Below, one piece after another: positions 1-14,800 of a stretch of 64,000 nucleotides of DNA. How positions within the stretch are numbered: position 1 is the stretch's first letter; the number at the start of each line of letters is the position of its first letter. The stretch lies in the NCBI RefSeq assembly GCF_000150275.1, contig NW_002060947.1:8147899-8211898 (forward strand). The letters run 5' to 3'. This DNA is from Trichoplax adhaerens (Eukaryota > Animalia > Placozoa). The notes under the pieces were generated by a model that was given only the letters and a program-made list of their open reading frames with translations, had not been told where the DNA came from and did no database searches. The position numbers and the translations under genes are program-made.

Positions 1-3000
1 TATGATAAATTAAGTAATATGTGCAGCTGGAACATACATGTATGATATCGTAAATAATGATTTGTTTTAAATTTGTTGATAAATTACGTGTCATCTGTTT
101 CGGACGGATTCTAAAATGGGAAAGTTTGATAAATTGTAAATAGATGTTTTGAAGTTTAAGACTGATTAAATAATTATAATTAATAATAAAAGAATAATGA
201 AAGGGTGATGCTAGCCCATGTTTAATTTTTGGGAATTCTTATTATATATAATGAATTCATCGTTATAGGAATTAGCCAATCTAATATTATTAAATGTTTT
301 GCCCGGGATACTTTAGATAGGGTAAGTTGTCATTACTAGGCCCATGTATTCGCTCTTTGTAAGTATAGACCATTAATATAATTTTAATTCTCTGAAATTT
401 ATATCTAGTACTAAATTACTTTTCGTTTCATTTTACGACATAAATCTATGTACATTATTAGCAAATTCTAACTGTCAATGTTTTCTCTATGGGGTGAATA
501 GCTAATCTATTCTTGGCAGTCTTTTACGTTTACTACATAATTCAAGCCCTTCCCGATAGACTTATAATTATTATTTCACTTTATGAAATCTAGATGTATT
601 GTAAGATAAATGACGGTAACATTAGATTTGTTTGATTTCCCACATCATGATTAATTTATTAATAACTGTTATAAGTTGCATCGTAGGTTGGATAATAATA
701 ATAATAAATACTTTATCAATCGCATCCGTAAACTATACAAATCTGAAAACGATACCTAGTCAGGATAATTTTTTATTTGTACGGATAAAATAAAACATAT
801 AGTACAAATTACGAATGTAACTTTTTAGGCTTATTGACATATCGAAATCTATTTTAATTATTGCATATCCACATACTCATATCTGTCAGTTGATTTCATT
901 TATGAACGTTGCTTTGTCATTTGACATTTTGGTAAAGGGCAATTATGTTAAACAGATGGTACGGAAATTGAACGAAATTGTTTGTTGGGTTTAAATTCAG
1001 TACTTCCTAATTATTGTACTGTTTACATATATGCTTTGAGGAAATTATGTCTAAATTAATAATAGTTAATCAGTTTTAGTTTCTTCTATTTCTAATTTTG
1101 ATAGTATTAATTAATATATTATGGTTGATTCTGGATAATATATATAACCAACATTTATAGGTTACTGTAAAGTATTGCGGAAAATGTCATTATTCATGGT
1201 ATAAGCATATCGTGATTTTTCTATCGACAAAAAGTAAACGGAAATAAAATGATCGATAAATTTTCAACTATTATATATGTAACCTATATATCAAGAATTT
1301 GTAATAAAAAAAATAACCAACCGAAAGATTTATTATCAAATAATCTAAAGTTCACTTGTGCCTAAGTATATAAATGTCTACTATCCAATTAAAATAGACA
1401 GTACAGTATAACAATATCACCAAAAATGAAGAATAGCAACTGCAATTTGTCTTTCCCAGATAATTGAAGTTTCCTTAAGACTGACTGAAGCAAATAAGAT
1501 TCAGTAGTGAAAAATCAAAATAGCACCGGAATATGTTGCCACCTTTCAAAAAAGGATAACAAAAGTCCGATATAAGAAACTTTATACCATTCATTGGCAA
1601 TAAATTTTCAATTCTATTGTTTAGGATAGATTGTCCAAGTAAATGCGTGAATGAATAAAGTTCAATCAAGTTATTATTTCTGTATCTGTACTGGTGGAGA
1701 ATAATAAATCGCAAAATGGATTTACTAAATATAGATTCCTTTTCTGTTTAAATAGGGCAGGTATTGATTATTTATAGCTATGTATATTTGATTATACACC
1801 GGTAGCAAAGATATATAGCAAATAGCAATGAGATAATTACCAAGACATAACGTACGGATGTTAATTCGAGTGTAAATACTGTTCAAACTGCCAGTGTGAA
1901 TTATTTATATTATTGCATCAAGCCAGAGAGTAGAAATGCTTTTGTAGCTTAATAACGAATCAGTTTTTGTCAACACTCTTCAATCTGGATTTGTTACTAT
2001 TAACAGCTTAGTCTTTTGTGCACAAAGTTCTTATATGCATTGGTAATTAGTTGAGAATGGACGCAACTGATACAATCTAGCTGTAATTACAAATTATGAC
2101 TAATTCCACATGGTAATTAAACTGCGCTATAGTATCAACTGATATCTGGTTTATAATACTAAAGTAACAAATACTTCATTTTGTGAAGTGAATCTTGGAT
2201 CATTTGCTAGAGCAAATTCTTGATTCCTGTCTAGAAATTCGAAGTATGTAGAGTAGTTATTCTATTTGTTAAGATTAATTAGCTCTATTATCTAGGTATA
2301 CAGCATTAAATAGCTGCCTATTTTAATATTATATTTCACTTCACGAATTCGATTATCGGCGAGTTAATTGAAATTTGTCATACAGATACTGGTATATGAT
2401 TAGAATAGACCTTGCTGTCACTCTTTGAAAAGAGGTCTGTCAAGTAAAATCTTTACAATTTCCCGTATAATAACTGTAGCATGTTTTAAGATTTCGTTAT
2501 AATGTAATTTCTTTATTGCATCTGGTTGTTTTATGCATAATTATGCATACTTGTAGTTTAGTGGTAATAAGCGATTGGCTAATTTTAGCCGTTTTTCTAG
2601 TCAAGGATGCTCGGAACAAAATGAATTGAAATGTATATTTGTGGTTAAAAAGGTATCCTTTGTAGTCAAAGTAATATTTCTATACTTTTCTATTTCAGTT
2701 ATATACCTGCAGTTAAAGAGAATAACAAATTACGACCTTTGTAATTAGCATAAAGCTGTTGCCAATAGCTCAGTAGTCTAGTTGCTTATGGTATTGCAAT
2801 ATTGAGCGGCTGGTGGTAATGTTTTCATATTTTGAATGGAATGATATCTTTCTCTCACTGATGAATACTGGCATTATTTCCATAAAATGGGACTATTTAT
2901 TGAATTATAATGCTAAAGAAAGACAATGAAGAATAAATATCTGCATAAACCCTATTATTTATGGCAGGAAGTTTGTGACAGTATCATTAATTGGTTCTTG

Positions 3001-5379
3001 TTTTTGCATTTTAGACGTGTATTTTGTGAAAGCTGTTGACCCTAACCAATTTATTTGGTTTGAGACAGGGGTGAATATCGAGTTGTTTATGAAATTTAAA
3101 ATTCCGTCAATTCTATCCATTATGCTATCGAGGCTATAAATTTGATTTTGGTTATGTTTTATATATGATTCACATTCAATTGGAAAACAAATTGACAATC
3201 TTTGATGTTTAGATGATCGCTATCATCCTGTATTGAATTTTATTGAAAATTAATCAACTTTAAGATATGAAAAGGTACATACATATTTCGCCCCCACCCC
3301 CCGAAAAAATCAAAAATTAAGAATATGATTTACGTATAGTAAAATTGACGTACCATTAAGAAATATAATCATGATTGTTAAGATCGTTTCATCATCTTAT
3401 GCTAACAAATTCTTTCATATTGATAGAATAAAGTTCACTCTCCTTCTATAGGAATACGTGAATTTGACCAATCAATCTATCGCTATCATTGTAATTTTAC
3501 TGTTCATAGCTTATTCTTGGCATTTTATTTATCTATACAACAGTCAGAAATAGAAAGTTAAAATAAATATTCTTATAGTCTAATTCAATCGTTGTCTACA
3601 TCAGTAATTATACTAGTGTAAGGCTGTATGGAACTAGTTCAAAACCACAACTTGTTTATGTCTTAAATCAATTTGTTGATGTGCATTAAGAGATGCACTG
3701 TCGAAAATAAATTTTATAGTATTAATCAAAATTATGAATGACTATGTCAACTATTGCAATTGTCATTGTTTCTAAATCAAGTCTTGGACGCTTACTGACT
3801 TCCATATTTATAGTGAATTTAATAACTGTTTAGTTTAAGAAAAAATGACATCATTGTTTATAAAGAAATGAGATGCAATTTTTTCCCTCTCTTATACTAT
3901 AACAATAAAAATAAGTTTTACAACACGTGTCTTTCCAAAATAGTATTTAATCCACATGATACATGAAAGTGAAATGGATGAAATTAGCCTTCCAGAATGG
4001 ATCCTTGATTGAATCAGTCCATGCTAATAACACCCTAGTCGAGAGAAAGAGGTCCAAATTGGAATGATTACAATAAAACTGAAAGCGGTACATAATGTCG
4101 ATCCGATTTCCCATGTGTTGAACTTATTTCATTTAGGTGATTGACTTGAATTGTTCCAAGTTGAAGATGATATTCTTGTCAATAGTCTAGGATGCCATCT
4201 TCCGCCTTTCAGTCTTGAGTTGATTAAAACGATGAACGATTAAATTGGCAACTCAGGATCATTAAGATGTTGAAGATTGTTTGGCTAGTTAACGGATCAA
4301 GTTGATCATCCCTTGGAGATAGCGTTCTTTCCAGATCAAATCGATGATAACATAGATGGTAAAGTCTAATTATGGATATGCCATATCTCAGTTTATCGAG
4401 TCTATCGCCCGGAAAGTTTAAACCAGATTTCTCTTCCTTTACTTCCAGTATAGGAAGAGAATCGTCCATTTTCCCCTCCACATCTTGTTCTTCAATTCCA
4501 TTGCATGCGATTCACCATCGATTGGATGACAATCGCGATTGTCATGTCAAACGGCTGAAATGACCTCTGGAGTTGACGTGGATAGATGAAGCGTGTATAG
4601 AAATGATAAACGTTACGTTGTACAATGGTTAGCATGACAATCTGCGTGTCAGGCTAACCCTATGCAGAGGAGGCATTACTGCAGATGGAAATTGGCGAAA
4701 AAAAACATCAAGTCGTTCATTTTCCTGTCATCATGTCTTCATCCAAGGACATCTGTCAAGACATGGCGTCAAAATGAGAACCCAAAATTTCATAGTGGAT
4801 CCAAAGGACTTCCTTGACACAGATATCGCCAGTTGATTGATAGGACACTGAAAAAATTTTCCATCTCCAATCAGGCGTGCTGATGTTTGGCGTCAACACA
4901 CCCATTGCCGATAAGATAACAGTCGTGTCAATCAATCCAGGGTTGTTTTCTTCTTTCACTGAGTGTGTATAGAACATGATAGAAAGCCTTGCGATAGATA
5001 TCGTGGTAATCTCACGCTTGACCTATTCATCCGCTCGCCTCACCCATTCAGTACGGATGACGAATAGAATAGGGTGACAGCAATAGGATTGTTTTGGATA
5101 GCATCAATGTCGTACCGGGTTTCACTCTTGTAGTTTGTTGTCGCTGTCATTGGTGTCATCAACATCGCCAGTCAGTCGTTTTTTGGCGTCAATTGATGGA
5201 CAATCACCTGTCGTGCCTTTGACGTGTGAAATTATACAAGCAATCAGAGCAATTCCAATGGACGATTTTCATCGTCTTCTTGCTCATTCAAATCCACTTA
5301 GTTGGTGTTGTTTTCGTCTATTTCATGGCTAGACTTACATCATAAGTGGAAATGAACCATTTTTAATCATGAAATATGA

Positions 5380-5614
5380 ACTATTTCTTGATGTAATACG
5401 ATCCACTCTTGGACCCAATAGATTTCCAAGGCGATAGAAAGATCAATTTGAAATCGATCGCCATTTGATTAAGAGCAGCTTCAATTATTTGCTTTACTAT
5501 TTCTTGACGTAATACGATCCACTCTTGGACCCAATAGATTTCCAAGGCGATAGAAAGATCAATTTGAAATCGATCGCCATTTGACTAAGAGCAGCTTCAA
5601 TTATTTGCTTTACT
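5380..5614. repeat. 116-bp tandem duplication (2 near-identical copies) downstream of the Ras-like gene
   Basis: ACTATTTCTTGA(T/C)GTAATACGATCCACTCTTGG...GCTTTACT starts at 5380 and again at 5496; I see only two substitutions between the copies. Confidence 0.93.
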
Positions 5615-5920
5615 TCTTTTTAGTACAGATCAAGGTGTAGTGATTTTGCTTTGCTATAGGAAGGCAAAAGCATGTCAAGTGGGTTATAGAGTCCAAAATG
5701 TACTTTGATCCAATATCCAGACCAATGACGTAATGTTGCTCAAAATTGACATAACATAGGAATAACAACTGCTACCGGTAGTCCATTATCACTATTGTAA
5801 ACGTGCTAAATCTGTCGTCCAAAATTTGTGGTGATAGTTAAATAGATTTGACCTTCAACAAATGGTTGTAAACTTGCCTATGTATTTATGATGAGAGTCT
5901 AGCATATTTTAAATTAAATG

Positions 5921-8860
5921 TTATTGCACATCGAGTGTTAGTGATCTTCCAAGTAATGCTTTATGATGTTGACGAGGAGGTTTATGATCCAAATTGCTGA
6001 CAAATCGATTAGCAATAATAACTTTAGAAAATCTTCTTTTCAGATTGCACTTACGACGATCCATACTCTTATTGTGTGGCCCTTCTAATAGTGCTTCGGC
6101 AATTCGATCAAAAACTGCCGAAACATTATGACCAGTTTTAGCTGATGTTTCCATATAAATGGATTTGGAAGCAATATCATCAATATCATCATCTAGAACT
6201 TGTCGATCACTTTCAAGATCGCATTTATTACCTACTAAATAAATTTCTTTACGACCACGACCACCGATTACGTCCAAAACTTCTTTATAGATCTCTTTGA
6301 CGTAATCAAAGGTTGATTTATCGTCCAATGCAAATACCAATACAATTGTGTCAGCCTTGCGAATTGTTAATCGACGCATTTCTGGAAATGAATAGTATCC
6401 AGCAGTGTCCATAATTTCTAATGTCATACGGCAGCCTTGAGCAATTATTTCTTTCTTATAGAATTCATCGACGGTCGGTTCATGCTCAATATTAAATTCA
6501 TTATCGAGATAGCGTTTGACCAAGCAAGTTTTACCTAATATCGATAGAGAATCAATTACGCATCAGAAAAGAGGTGAGAAATCCGCCGCATCAATCAATC
6601 TTTGGTTGGTATTTTTAAATAAAGTAGTCCAGACAATTGATTGAATCGTCCAAAAATATTGTAATCAACAACTTTCAATTTTATAAATTAAACGACAGTT
6701 GTTCCTTATTATTCCATTTCTGAAACATAGTAATGAATTCTTTGCTTTTCAACTTATTGTTGCTGTTCATTCTTGATCAATACTGATTACTATTATTTTA
6801 ACCTTATCTTAGAATGGAGAAATGTCTATATGCTGTAATAGAAAACAATCCAATTTTCTATTCGGGGCATAAATCAATATGGATATTAGTATTGATTTAT
6901 ATTGACAGTCCCTCCTTGTCTACAGTAGGTCAACACACAGCCATATAATTACTACAACAAACATAGTAAATTACCAATAAGGAAGGAATAGAAGGAACTT
7001 CGTCAAAATGTGAAAATTCAATAAAGGTTTAAAATACTGCTAATGTTAAATGCGAATAAAGACGTGATATGAATTGAAAGCAGAGACAATCACTACATTG
7101 TATCACGTCAGTATATCTCTCCAATGCATCCATTTTATCATCGTAGCTTGCTACTTTTAGAGTTTGAATTTCTAGGAGCAGGCTTCCATTAAAACCATAA
7201 GGTGTTAATTAAATTGGTAGCGTTAACTAGTATAACTTATTGCATGCTTGAACCGCTCATCTGTACCAAGGCACGATAGCAGATGATTTTACTAAAGTTA
7301 GTGTCTTTACTTCTCACTTAAGGCACTACTGTAATGCGATCCGTACTAAATGCAATTGACTTAGAATCTAAGATAAAAGAATAGTAGCTGATTTAAACAT
7401 AATTCCAATTTCAAAGTCAGTAATCAGCCAATATTCGAATAAATCAACTCCCGTAATAGCGTAATACTTAAATATGCAATCTAATAGGCAAGCTACTATC
7501 ACAATGTGATACTTTAATAAGGTAGAAGATATCGAAATAATTTATATATACTATTTATAGTTTATCTATTTGACTGAGAAAGGAAATACAGTTCGGAAAT
7601 AACGAATAAATTAATTGTGCCATGTTTATCTTTTGCTTAGCGTACTGCTTTATAAATTGTTAAAAGTGTACCGCATAAAATTTTGATAAGAAGTATTACA
7701 TATATGATGTTTTAAACCTAGATATAGTATATAGTAGGTCACTCAAGGCTATTTCACCTGCATTAAATATTCTATCGATACCGGATAAATTAATTTAGGA
7801 AATAATATTAATTAAAAATTGCTTCGGTATTGCTTTCCAAAAACCATTACAAATAGCTGATAGTAATGTAAACAGTTTTTTCCCGACAACACTGAGCAGT
7901 CGGCTCCACTTCCAGCCTACGGTTAATCAACTATTCGTGGTTATACATGTAAATTATCGACAACCTAATATCTATCCTCAATGTCTTCTCTAAAATATAG
8001 AGCATTCTCCTATCTTTGAATTGTTAAGAAATTTTAGCATAGTTTTAAGTTGATAATAAGAATGGTCTTTTCCTAGTGTATGGTACGTGCTTATAGTTTT
8101 ATTGCATATTTACAGTATATCGTGACCTTTAAAATTAAAATCGATTCTGTGAAATGATAGTATAATCGAGAAATAATTGTTATGGACCATCGTATAAATG
8201 TCAATTTACCTATCTACAACGATTAATTAGCATGTAGATTTTAGGAATAAATGACCATTCAGTAGGATTGGTACCATTCTACCAAATTACGCAGTATATG
8301 AAAGTGCAGTATAAAAACTAAAACTGCGTGTGTCTTGATCCATAAACTAAGTCACAAACTTGAATTTTGGGCCATCTATGTAATTCTGCCAATTGTTAGT
8401 CAATGATTTATCCTTTAAATCTTGAATAATTTATAAAGTCTCAATCAAATCTACCGTAGATCTTTTTGTATTTTAATAATCAATTTAATCTAACTAGCTA
8501 TAATAAATTACGTAAAGTAATATGATGATCACATAAGACTTAAACTACTTGACGATATCAGTTATTTTGCAAGAAATTTAATAGAATGTCTCTACTGATG
8601 CAGCTGATCAAATTTAAAAAAATGGATTATCTGTATATTATAGTGTAGAAATAGAGGGTGTATATGATGAATGGGCTTTGTCCATACTATCTTGTTGATT
8701 TCGAAACAAAATTCTACATTACGAAATACAGAAATCAAAGTAAATGCCAAGAAAATGACTTACCCACTGCTGCTGTTCCTAGCACCGCTACGCGATGGCA
8801 ACGAATTTGACGCTGTAACATTTTTAGAACTTGATATTGGATATCAGCCGATGTTGGCAT
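5921..8860 (-). CDS. Ras-family small GTPase, Ras-dva/Rhes(RASD)/Di-Ras-like; 2 coding exons (8764-8860 or 8764-8821; 5921-6534)
   Basis: Exon 1 ...RVAVLGTAAV-G|gtaagt (intron starts at 8763) joins ttag|GT AAA ACT (6534) to rebuild the P-loop GTAAVGKT. Downstream motifs are effector PTVDEFY, DTAGYYSFPEMRRL (compare Ras-dva DTSGSYSFPAMRKL), NKCD and ETSAK. The start ATG is uncertain (8860 vs 8821). Confidence 0.88.
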
Positions 8861-11800
8861 TCGGTTATAACAAAATGCAATAATATTAATTAGCGAATAA
8901 AAGGAACTTAACCAGGCCAATGGATGGAGTAAGTACACGTTATCGATCGTTTATAGAGAGCAAATGATTAATAAAAATCAAACCACTCTAATTTCTCTAT
9001 CCTAAATTTCAATCCTGGTTTCAAATTTCGAAAAGACCGTATTAGCTTTTTGATCATAGATTCAAAGTCATAAAATTGAATTTTATCGACTCTTAAGTTG
9101 AGCTCAAAATCGATTACAGGAAATCAATACTAGAGAAATAATTTTACTTGAACAGCATAGACAAATTATGAGGTTATGTATTAGATTACAGTAATCAGAC
9201 TTACTCGTTATGTTAATTGTGTAGTAGGTAATAGAAGCTTCGGCTTTCCTATTGCTAGTATCACAGTGATGTTGACGATAAGAGATGATGGATCAACTGA
9301 TGAGAGAATTAAATGGGTTTCTGGTTACATAGATATTTAAAAAGGCAGATAAAAGATCGTAACAAATCAAATTAACAATACGGATGGCTAAAGATAGACA
9401 ATTCTGTCTCCTTCGGGGCTAGATAATACCTAATATAGAATTAAAGAGGAGTTACTAAGCATAATATCATGTCATTCATACAATATCGACAAAGGTACCA
9501 AGAATTTTATGAAATACTTTCAATTTTCAATGGAAAATGATAATACCTTATAGACTTATTGGAAATATTAATGAAATATTCACAATGGCATTGTCTAATT
9601 TTAAAATCAATGATACACCCTGGCATGTTGTCAAGTGGATGACAATTTACTTCTGGTCTATTATTTGAATAATTTATAATGAAATGACTGCAACGTATAG
9701 AAATGAAGTAGAAAGGTAGACTCTATTCAACCATGAAAACATTTACGATGGCCAACCCATCGCTTGGAAAAGATATTGTTCTATTGATTAATGCTTTACT
9801 GATGATAACGAAATGAGTGCATGATTATATTAGTATTGATTTGAGTTAATCTACAACTCACGTATTTATTCCACCTATCTTAACTGCCAGCTATTATTCT
9901 CATACAGGCTTGCCCCCTCCTCTTTAACCATGGCCTACTGTGTCAATGCAGTTTATGTTAATATAAAATCTAACTACCGCCACATTGTTATTTAGTGGCA
10001 CGTAATCACTGTTAGCAGTTTATGCCTATAACCACACAGTATAGACTAGAAATAGTAATTGAAGCTTTAATAAATTGAGTTTATTTTTATTTTTCGCAGT
10101 GATAACCTTACTTGTATCAGTGATTTAGAACATTTTTCTAAATAACCGATTTTGCATCCGGATACGTTCATAGCTATATTATAGACGACTTTTAAGTCCA
10201 TAGATAGTATTTGTATATATATTATACTAAAAGGATCGTAAAAGGCTAAAAATATTTATTTATGCCTGTAACTGAATTATATATTCATAAATCATATCAT
10301 TAGTAAAGCAAACATCTTTGAACCAATAACTTAGATTTAGTATTTTACCAAGTTTACCGTCATTCACATAAAATAAACGGTAATACAACGTTTGTGTGAG
10401 AAATATTATAAATTTCACTTCCCTTTTCGTTTTAGATAGTACTATAGCATGAACGGCTTTTGTTTTGATCTTTTATTATTCATATTTAATTTCTCCTCCT
10501 ACTAGAAATGAACACTACAGAATGTAGGATATTTCACCATCATATTGGATTATATAATTTGATATAGGGAAGGATGTACGCTGTTGACAGCATATGCTGG
10601 CCTTGATTTTAATGTGTTAGCAAAATAAGTACCATAGTAAAATGAATCAAATCGTCTTAATTCGGTGAATAATATAGAATTCCTGCATTTATCCATATGT
10701 TAGTAATTTACCTAGAGAACACTGGAAACAATAGGGTGAAATACTATTTTTTAGCTCTTTCGTCATTTTAGGCAATATCTTGCAGCGCAGGCAAGATATT
10801 GTTATAAACCGATTTGATGTTTGTTATTGATTGAAATAATATAATTGCTATGAATGATAATTACAGCCAATTTATATCCGTTTATCATTTAATAATAATA
10901 AAATTGCCCGACATAAAATAATCCAAACTAAAGTAAGAAATATATAGAAAAAAGATAAATAACAATTGCTCATATATTAATGAAAAACGTCGCCACTGTC
11001 CAAGAATTTTATTTATTACAGAATAAAGTAACAAGCAATATATCTTTCATTATTAATGATAATAATTGTTGTAGGTGTGTTTCATTTTTATTTTTATTCA
11101 TTGCATTATCTTCAGGAGCGATCTTACATTTATGGATTACGCTGATTAATTTCGCTCATCAATCTTCTAACCGTGTACACGTCATGTAGAAAATGAATTA
11201 CTATGCGTAGGAGCTAATAATACTGGATATCAGCGTAATCATTCTATTCAAATTTTCATTTGGAAATGATTAAGACTTTCTATTTATGTAATTATGACAT
11301 ATTTCAAAAGCTCATACATGCATTTGTAGGTAGAAATGGATAATTTCAGTGTCTATTTATGGCGGGTGATCAGTTTAATGCCGCTGTATTATGACTAATC
11401 ATGTCAATAAGTGGAACTCTTTTCGCACCGCCTTTCATCTTGCATTAGGTAATATAGGAAATTTGTATGCCTAAGGGTAATTTACTTACTGTCAAAGAAA
11501 TCATCGAGACGAGTCATAGGGTATTTTGGAGAATAATAACGTAAAAATCGAAAAATAGTAGGCTGAAGCCATAGTAATGCATCATAGCTTCATAATTTAT
11601 TTAAATTAAAGAGATTAGATTTTTTATCGGTACTTTTAAATCGAATAACTATCTTTCTAGCATACTAGATCGTAGCTATTTTAACTATGATTGATGTAAT
11701 ACTTATCGTCATAGGAAAACTAAAGGTATCTTGCAAAGAGAAAGTGCGTAAAACACAATCCAAGTATCTTCAATTTCCATTTTATTTACACAAAATAAAC

Positions 11801-14800
11801 TATTGGGAATGATAACGATGAATAATTTACACTATGATTGTTAATAGATATGAAACAGTGCTACACTAGAAAGTTCTGCTTCGGCTGATATTGCCTTTTT
11901 GCTTTATACCGTAAATTTTTCTAAATTTATCGATTACACCATCAGATAGGTATCAAATTCTGTCATGCTACATTAATACGATATATGCAACATTTTTAAT
12001 TATATTAACTAGCCAAAGGCATTATTTGGTTGATTTTATCACAGTTTATTGATAGTACGATAATGCAGGTTACTATAGTAAATCATTGTTTACTTTGACG
12101 AAAGGGAAAATTTCCATTTTATTGAAATATTTGCTTCATGACGTCGTTTTTGCGGGAAATAAAACAATTCTTCCTCTGTAGATAGTACTATCTACTGATG
12201 TTTAAATAGTTGTATGGTCGCTATTCGATGTCACGAAAGAATTAATAAAATTCTGCAATGTGAACACATGTTAAAGTGAGGAAATTTCGTTTGAAACCAT
12301 ATCAAAATACACAGCTTTGCAGCCGTATAGTAAGTAATACGGCCAATGGGCATAATAACAGAATAGTAAAGGCACTACTTTCTGTTGATATTTTTCAACA
12401 GGGCAGTAAGTTCTTTCTTATCTATGTGTATCGTACCACGACGAAATAGATTATTGATTTCTTATCTAATGATTTAAAAATAATTATAATAACATAAGAA
12501 GATTATGAAATTTCATAACTATTTAGATTGACTATTCTCTCACCTTTTCATTTAATTTAGGTCTTCAACTAAAATTGTTATCATCTGATCGCCTCAAATT
12601 TATCATATTATACACAAATACTACAGAATAGTTTTATATTTCGTGAAACTAAAACATAACGTAATTTGAATAAATAGTAACAACTAAAGTAAATAAACCA
12701 CAGTAACTAGAAATATTTAACTGACAATTGATGTTCATCTGTAGCCATAAATCTAGCAATTCTAGTACGGTCGAGACTATTATATGAAATGTTCTTGTAT
12801 TCGTATAATGGTGTATAGAAACACTTTCATTTTATTGCGGCCCCTTGATTCTGCAATTATCAAATTAATGCTTTTCAATACCTTTAAAACAATAAAGCTT
12901 ATTCCTTCAGGAAGATGTAATGATTTTACTAAGATTTCATAGATCTCTAGCTATTAATTGAAAAAATGTTATCTACTGCCATTGCTAGCTGTTTGCGTCC
13001 ATGTAGTGTAAAATAAATTTGGTTATAGATGCAAACAATCTTAACACTTTATCTTTCATCGGTTAGTCCCATTAATCGAAAGATATTGAGAGTGAATAAG
13101 GTCAAAAAATGAAAAATTGAACCTAACAAGATTGAACATATTTCTATAATACATTAGTGAATCGGTAGGCATTAACTTCACCAACTGCTACTGTAGTATA
13201 AAAGTACCTTTTAAGGTGAATAAGTATTATCCCGTTATATTTGCAGCATTATGAGTAGGGAAGTATTAGCAGCGATATGGCACATTCTTTTCATTGATGC
13301 ATATCCTTGACAGTGGTTACAGTCTACCCACTCGTGGAATTGTAGAGGAGAATTGATCCCTTTATAAATCTTGATTGACACTAAGAACAGTATGGCGACA
13401 ACTTTCTGCAACACATCAAGATTAAATATTTTCTCCGTAAGCATCTGTGATCGGCAAAAATCTGCATTCTAATCTTCATATTTTTGTCACCGTTCATATA
13501 CTCGTTAATATTAATTATATATTCGAGGATGTTATAACAATGTTTTAATGGAATAATTGTATTTTTAACTTGAAATTTATGTTTATCACTACTACTTAAA
13601 TTCGTAATAGTCAGTTCTGCTTTTACTGATATCGTCTATTTTTTTAACTGATTCATTTGCTAGACACACAATCTATTTCACTGATGTGCCGCTAAGTGAT
13701 TGATAATCTCTTCAAGCTATAAATTGAGGTTCTATTTTAAAAAGAAAGATTTTCTTCAGAGATTTTTACGCGTCACTACTATCCTCTAATTCCCACAGAA
13801 ACCGATTAATGCTGATAATACATTATTATGATGATGATGATGCTATTGAAGATGACAATTAATGCGGCTTGTCAGTAAAAATGGCTAAATTGATTTAGAT
13901 ATGTATTGCCAATATCTGTAGTGTTATAATGGGCTGGTACTGCCAATCGTGAGTTATTTTGCAATTATAAAGTGTTGTATTAGTTTGTGCTGTATGCACT
14001 CTAACAGAGGTAATATTCACTTTTACATAAATGTAAATTTTGATTCCATAGGAAAGCCTACCATTGGCTTTTGTATGAAGGCACAATTGAGTAATTCCTT
14101 CCAGGTCTCTCAAGTTACGCATGAGAACATCTACAATAAATTACAATTGCGTAAAGTTAGTTGAATGACTGTTGTATAGTTTACAACGGAAGACGCGAAC
14201 GGCATTTCAAACAAACTTTAACATCGATGCGACAGTTATATCAAATATTTTAGGCCTTTTTGTTTAGCATGCATATGATTTAGCACATTTTAAGTAGTCA
14301 TGCCTGAATCGTTCTACCATGTCCGTTGCAAAAAACTAAAGGATGGACCTTACATATTTGATCAACTACGCTTGTTTGAATTATGCACGTACATACTGCT
14401 TCTACAACTCTTTTACCCTAAGTAAACGGACTACATGGGGCGCGTAATATAAATGGATAGCTACTAAATATATGAAAATATCTTAATTTGCTGTTACTAC
14501 TCTACGTTTTTCAAACCTCATTACCAATAAAATTGACTAAAATACGAGATTAAGAAAATTTTACTGCAGCTATTCTATTGATTTATGCATGGTACTTGTA
14601 TAACTAGTGATGATTGCTCTAATTATTATACTTCCAGTTGTCGTATTGTCAATATTTCTACGGCTTCATCCTCCGATAAGGTTTGATTTGAATTACATCA
14701 AATCTATTATAGAACTTTACTTCTCTTTATGCTATTGAATGAAGTAAATTGTTTCTTTTACTTTTTGAAAATTTTTCTAAAAAGGATAAGTGTCTTAATT

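Noticed and set aside
1460-5332. 60-85 aa ORFs, and an exon-like stretch at ~1460-1761
   Set aside because: No recognisable domains; the exon-like stretch has multiple stops.
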